Shown here: in pieces, positions 63,401 to 64,000 of the stretch
How the letters are laid out: each line of letters opens with the position of its first letter
Numbering within the stretch: position 1 is the first letter of the stretch
NCBI GenBank assembly: GCA_030704615.1
Contig: CM060731.1
Coordinates: 93,806,001-93,870,000 of the forward strand
Source: Takakia lepidozioides
Lineage: Eukaryota; Plantae; Bryophyta
Reading direction: 5' to 3'
Length of the DNA stretch: 64,000 bases
Translations under genes and position numbers: made by a program
Notes under the pieces: generated by a model
Databases searched by the model: none
Seen by the model: the letters and a program-made list of their open reading frames with translations, nothing else
What the model was told of the DNA's origin: nothing

Positions 63401-64000
63401 TATTTGAGCAATAATTGGGCCAGACACTATGATAGGAGACTTTGCGGCAGTACCCTGTAATCTTTTCATCTCCTCTACCAGTGCGTTGTACATTATGTCC
63501 GCCCATTCTACCTCTTCTCCTCTCAGGGCTTTGAGTATTTCTTCTGTGAAGGATCTGCTCAAATACTGTTGGTTCTGTTTCATGGCAAACAGAACGTTCA
63601 ATACCTAGCCTACCTCTCTTAGCCCTGGGTACACGGCCTTGGTACAATCATAACCCTGAGTTTTAAAGAAACTCCCTTCTTGGAATAAGTCCCCTATTTG
63701 CAGTCTTGACCTATGCTCCTCCACATGCACCTGGCCTGCTGGCAATCGAAACAATTGCTGTAGGTATAGGGGAGTAATTAGTAATTCAACTCCCTTCACC
63801 GTTGTTGCTCCTGTCCTTGGCTCAAAGTTCTGCAAGAATTGTAACATGTACTGTCTATGGTGCAATGTCCAATCTTTGCTTTGCAATCCTTCCAATCGCA
63901 GCTCTTTCAGTAACTTCACCGCCTGTGGAGTAGCAATCGTTTGTTTCTGTAGGATTGTGGTGCTCTTCACCCTGATTTCTTCCATTCCTCTCACTCTCTT
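60439..64000 (-). pseudogene. Long extra ORF of an LTR retrotransposon (plant-transposon-type N-terminal domain + coiled coil), >1100 codons with a few stops
   Basis: ORFs 63605-63994, 60992-63601 and 60737-60967 share one frame; LQQLFRLP..G..VEWADIMY..GPIIAQI pattern; lies just upstream of the PPT. Confidence 0.65.

Overview
Eukaryotic, most likely land-plant, heterochromatin made almost entirely of nested transposable elements; I found no intact host gene. The plant call rests on spliceosomal GT-AG introns, tRNA-iMet-primed chromoviruses and many CG/CHG-type C>T stop codons. (1) A Ty3/Gypsy chromovirus (Galadriel-like, ~730-bp LTR TGTCGCGG...GCGCGACA) has six independent insertions: full copies 31131-38406 (TSD CCTCG) and 39642-46611 (TSD CTGTA, inverted inside a 5'-truncated copy 38668-49363), solo LTRs 8603-9329 and 55057-55784, and a 5' LTR+PBS at 14029-14801. 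(2) Removing these insertions reveals a large Mutator-like DNA transposon (~27.2 to >57.4 kb). It carries a WRKY/GCM-like + DDE + SWIM transposase head-to-head with an intron-containing gene that appears to fuse a ParB/Srx-like domain to a permuted (beta-class) amino-DNA-methyltransferase fold. Its non-coding DNA, including introns, carries GGCGCC-centred palindromes spaced ~63-64 bp apart. Remnants of two related elements with variant palindrome arrays lie at 2.2-7.4 kb and 11.1-15.6 kb. This ParB-MTase/palindrome/Mutator unit is the best candidate for an undescribed system. (3) Also present: a train of hAT-type MITEs sharing one 8-bp target (17.7-24.2 kb), a tRNA-derived SINE, LINE RT fragments, a CACTA TnpA-like fragment, a gag remnant, a second LTR-like repeat with a 9-bp tandem tail, and the 3' end of another LTR element with a long extra ORF (60.4-64 kb). 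All domain calls are by-eye motif recognition, not database searches.
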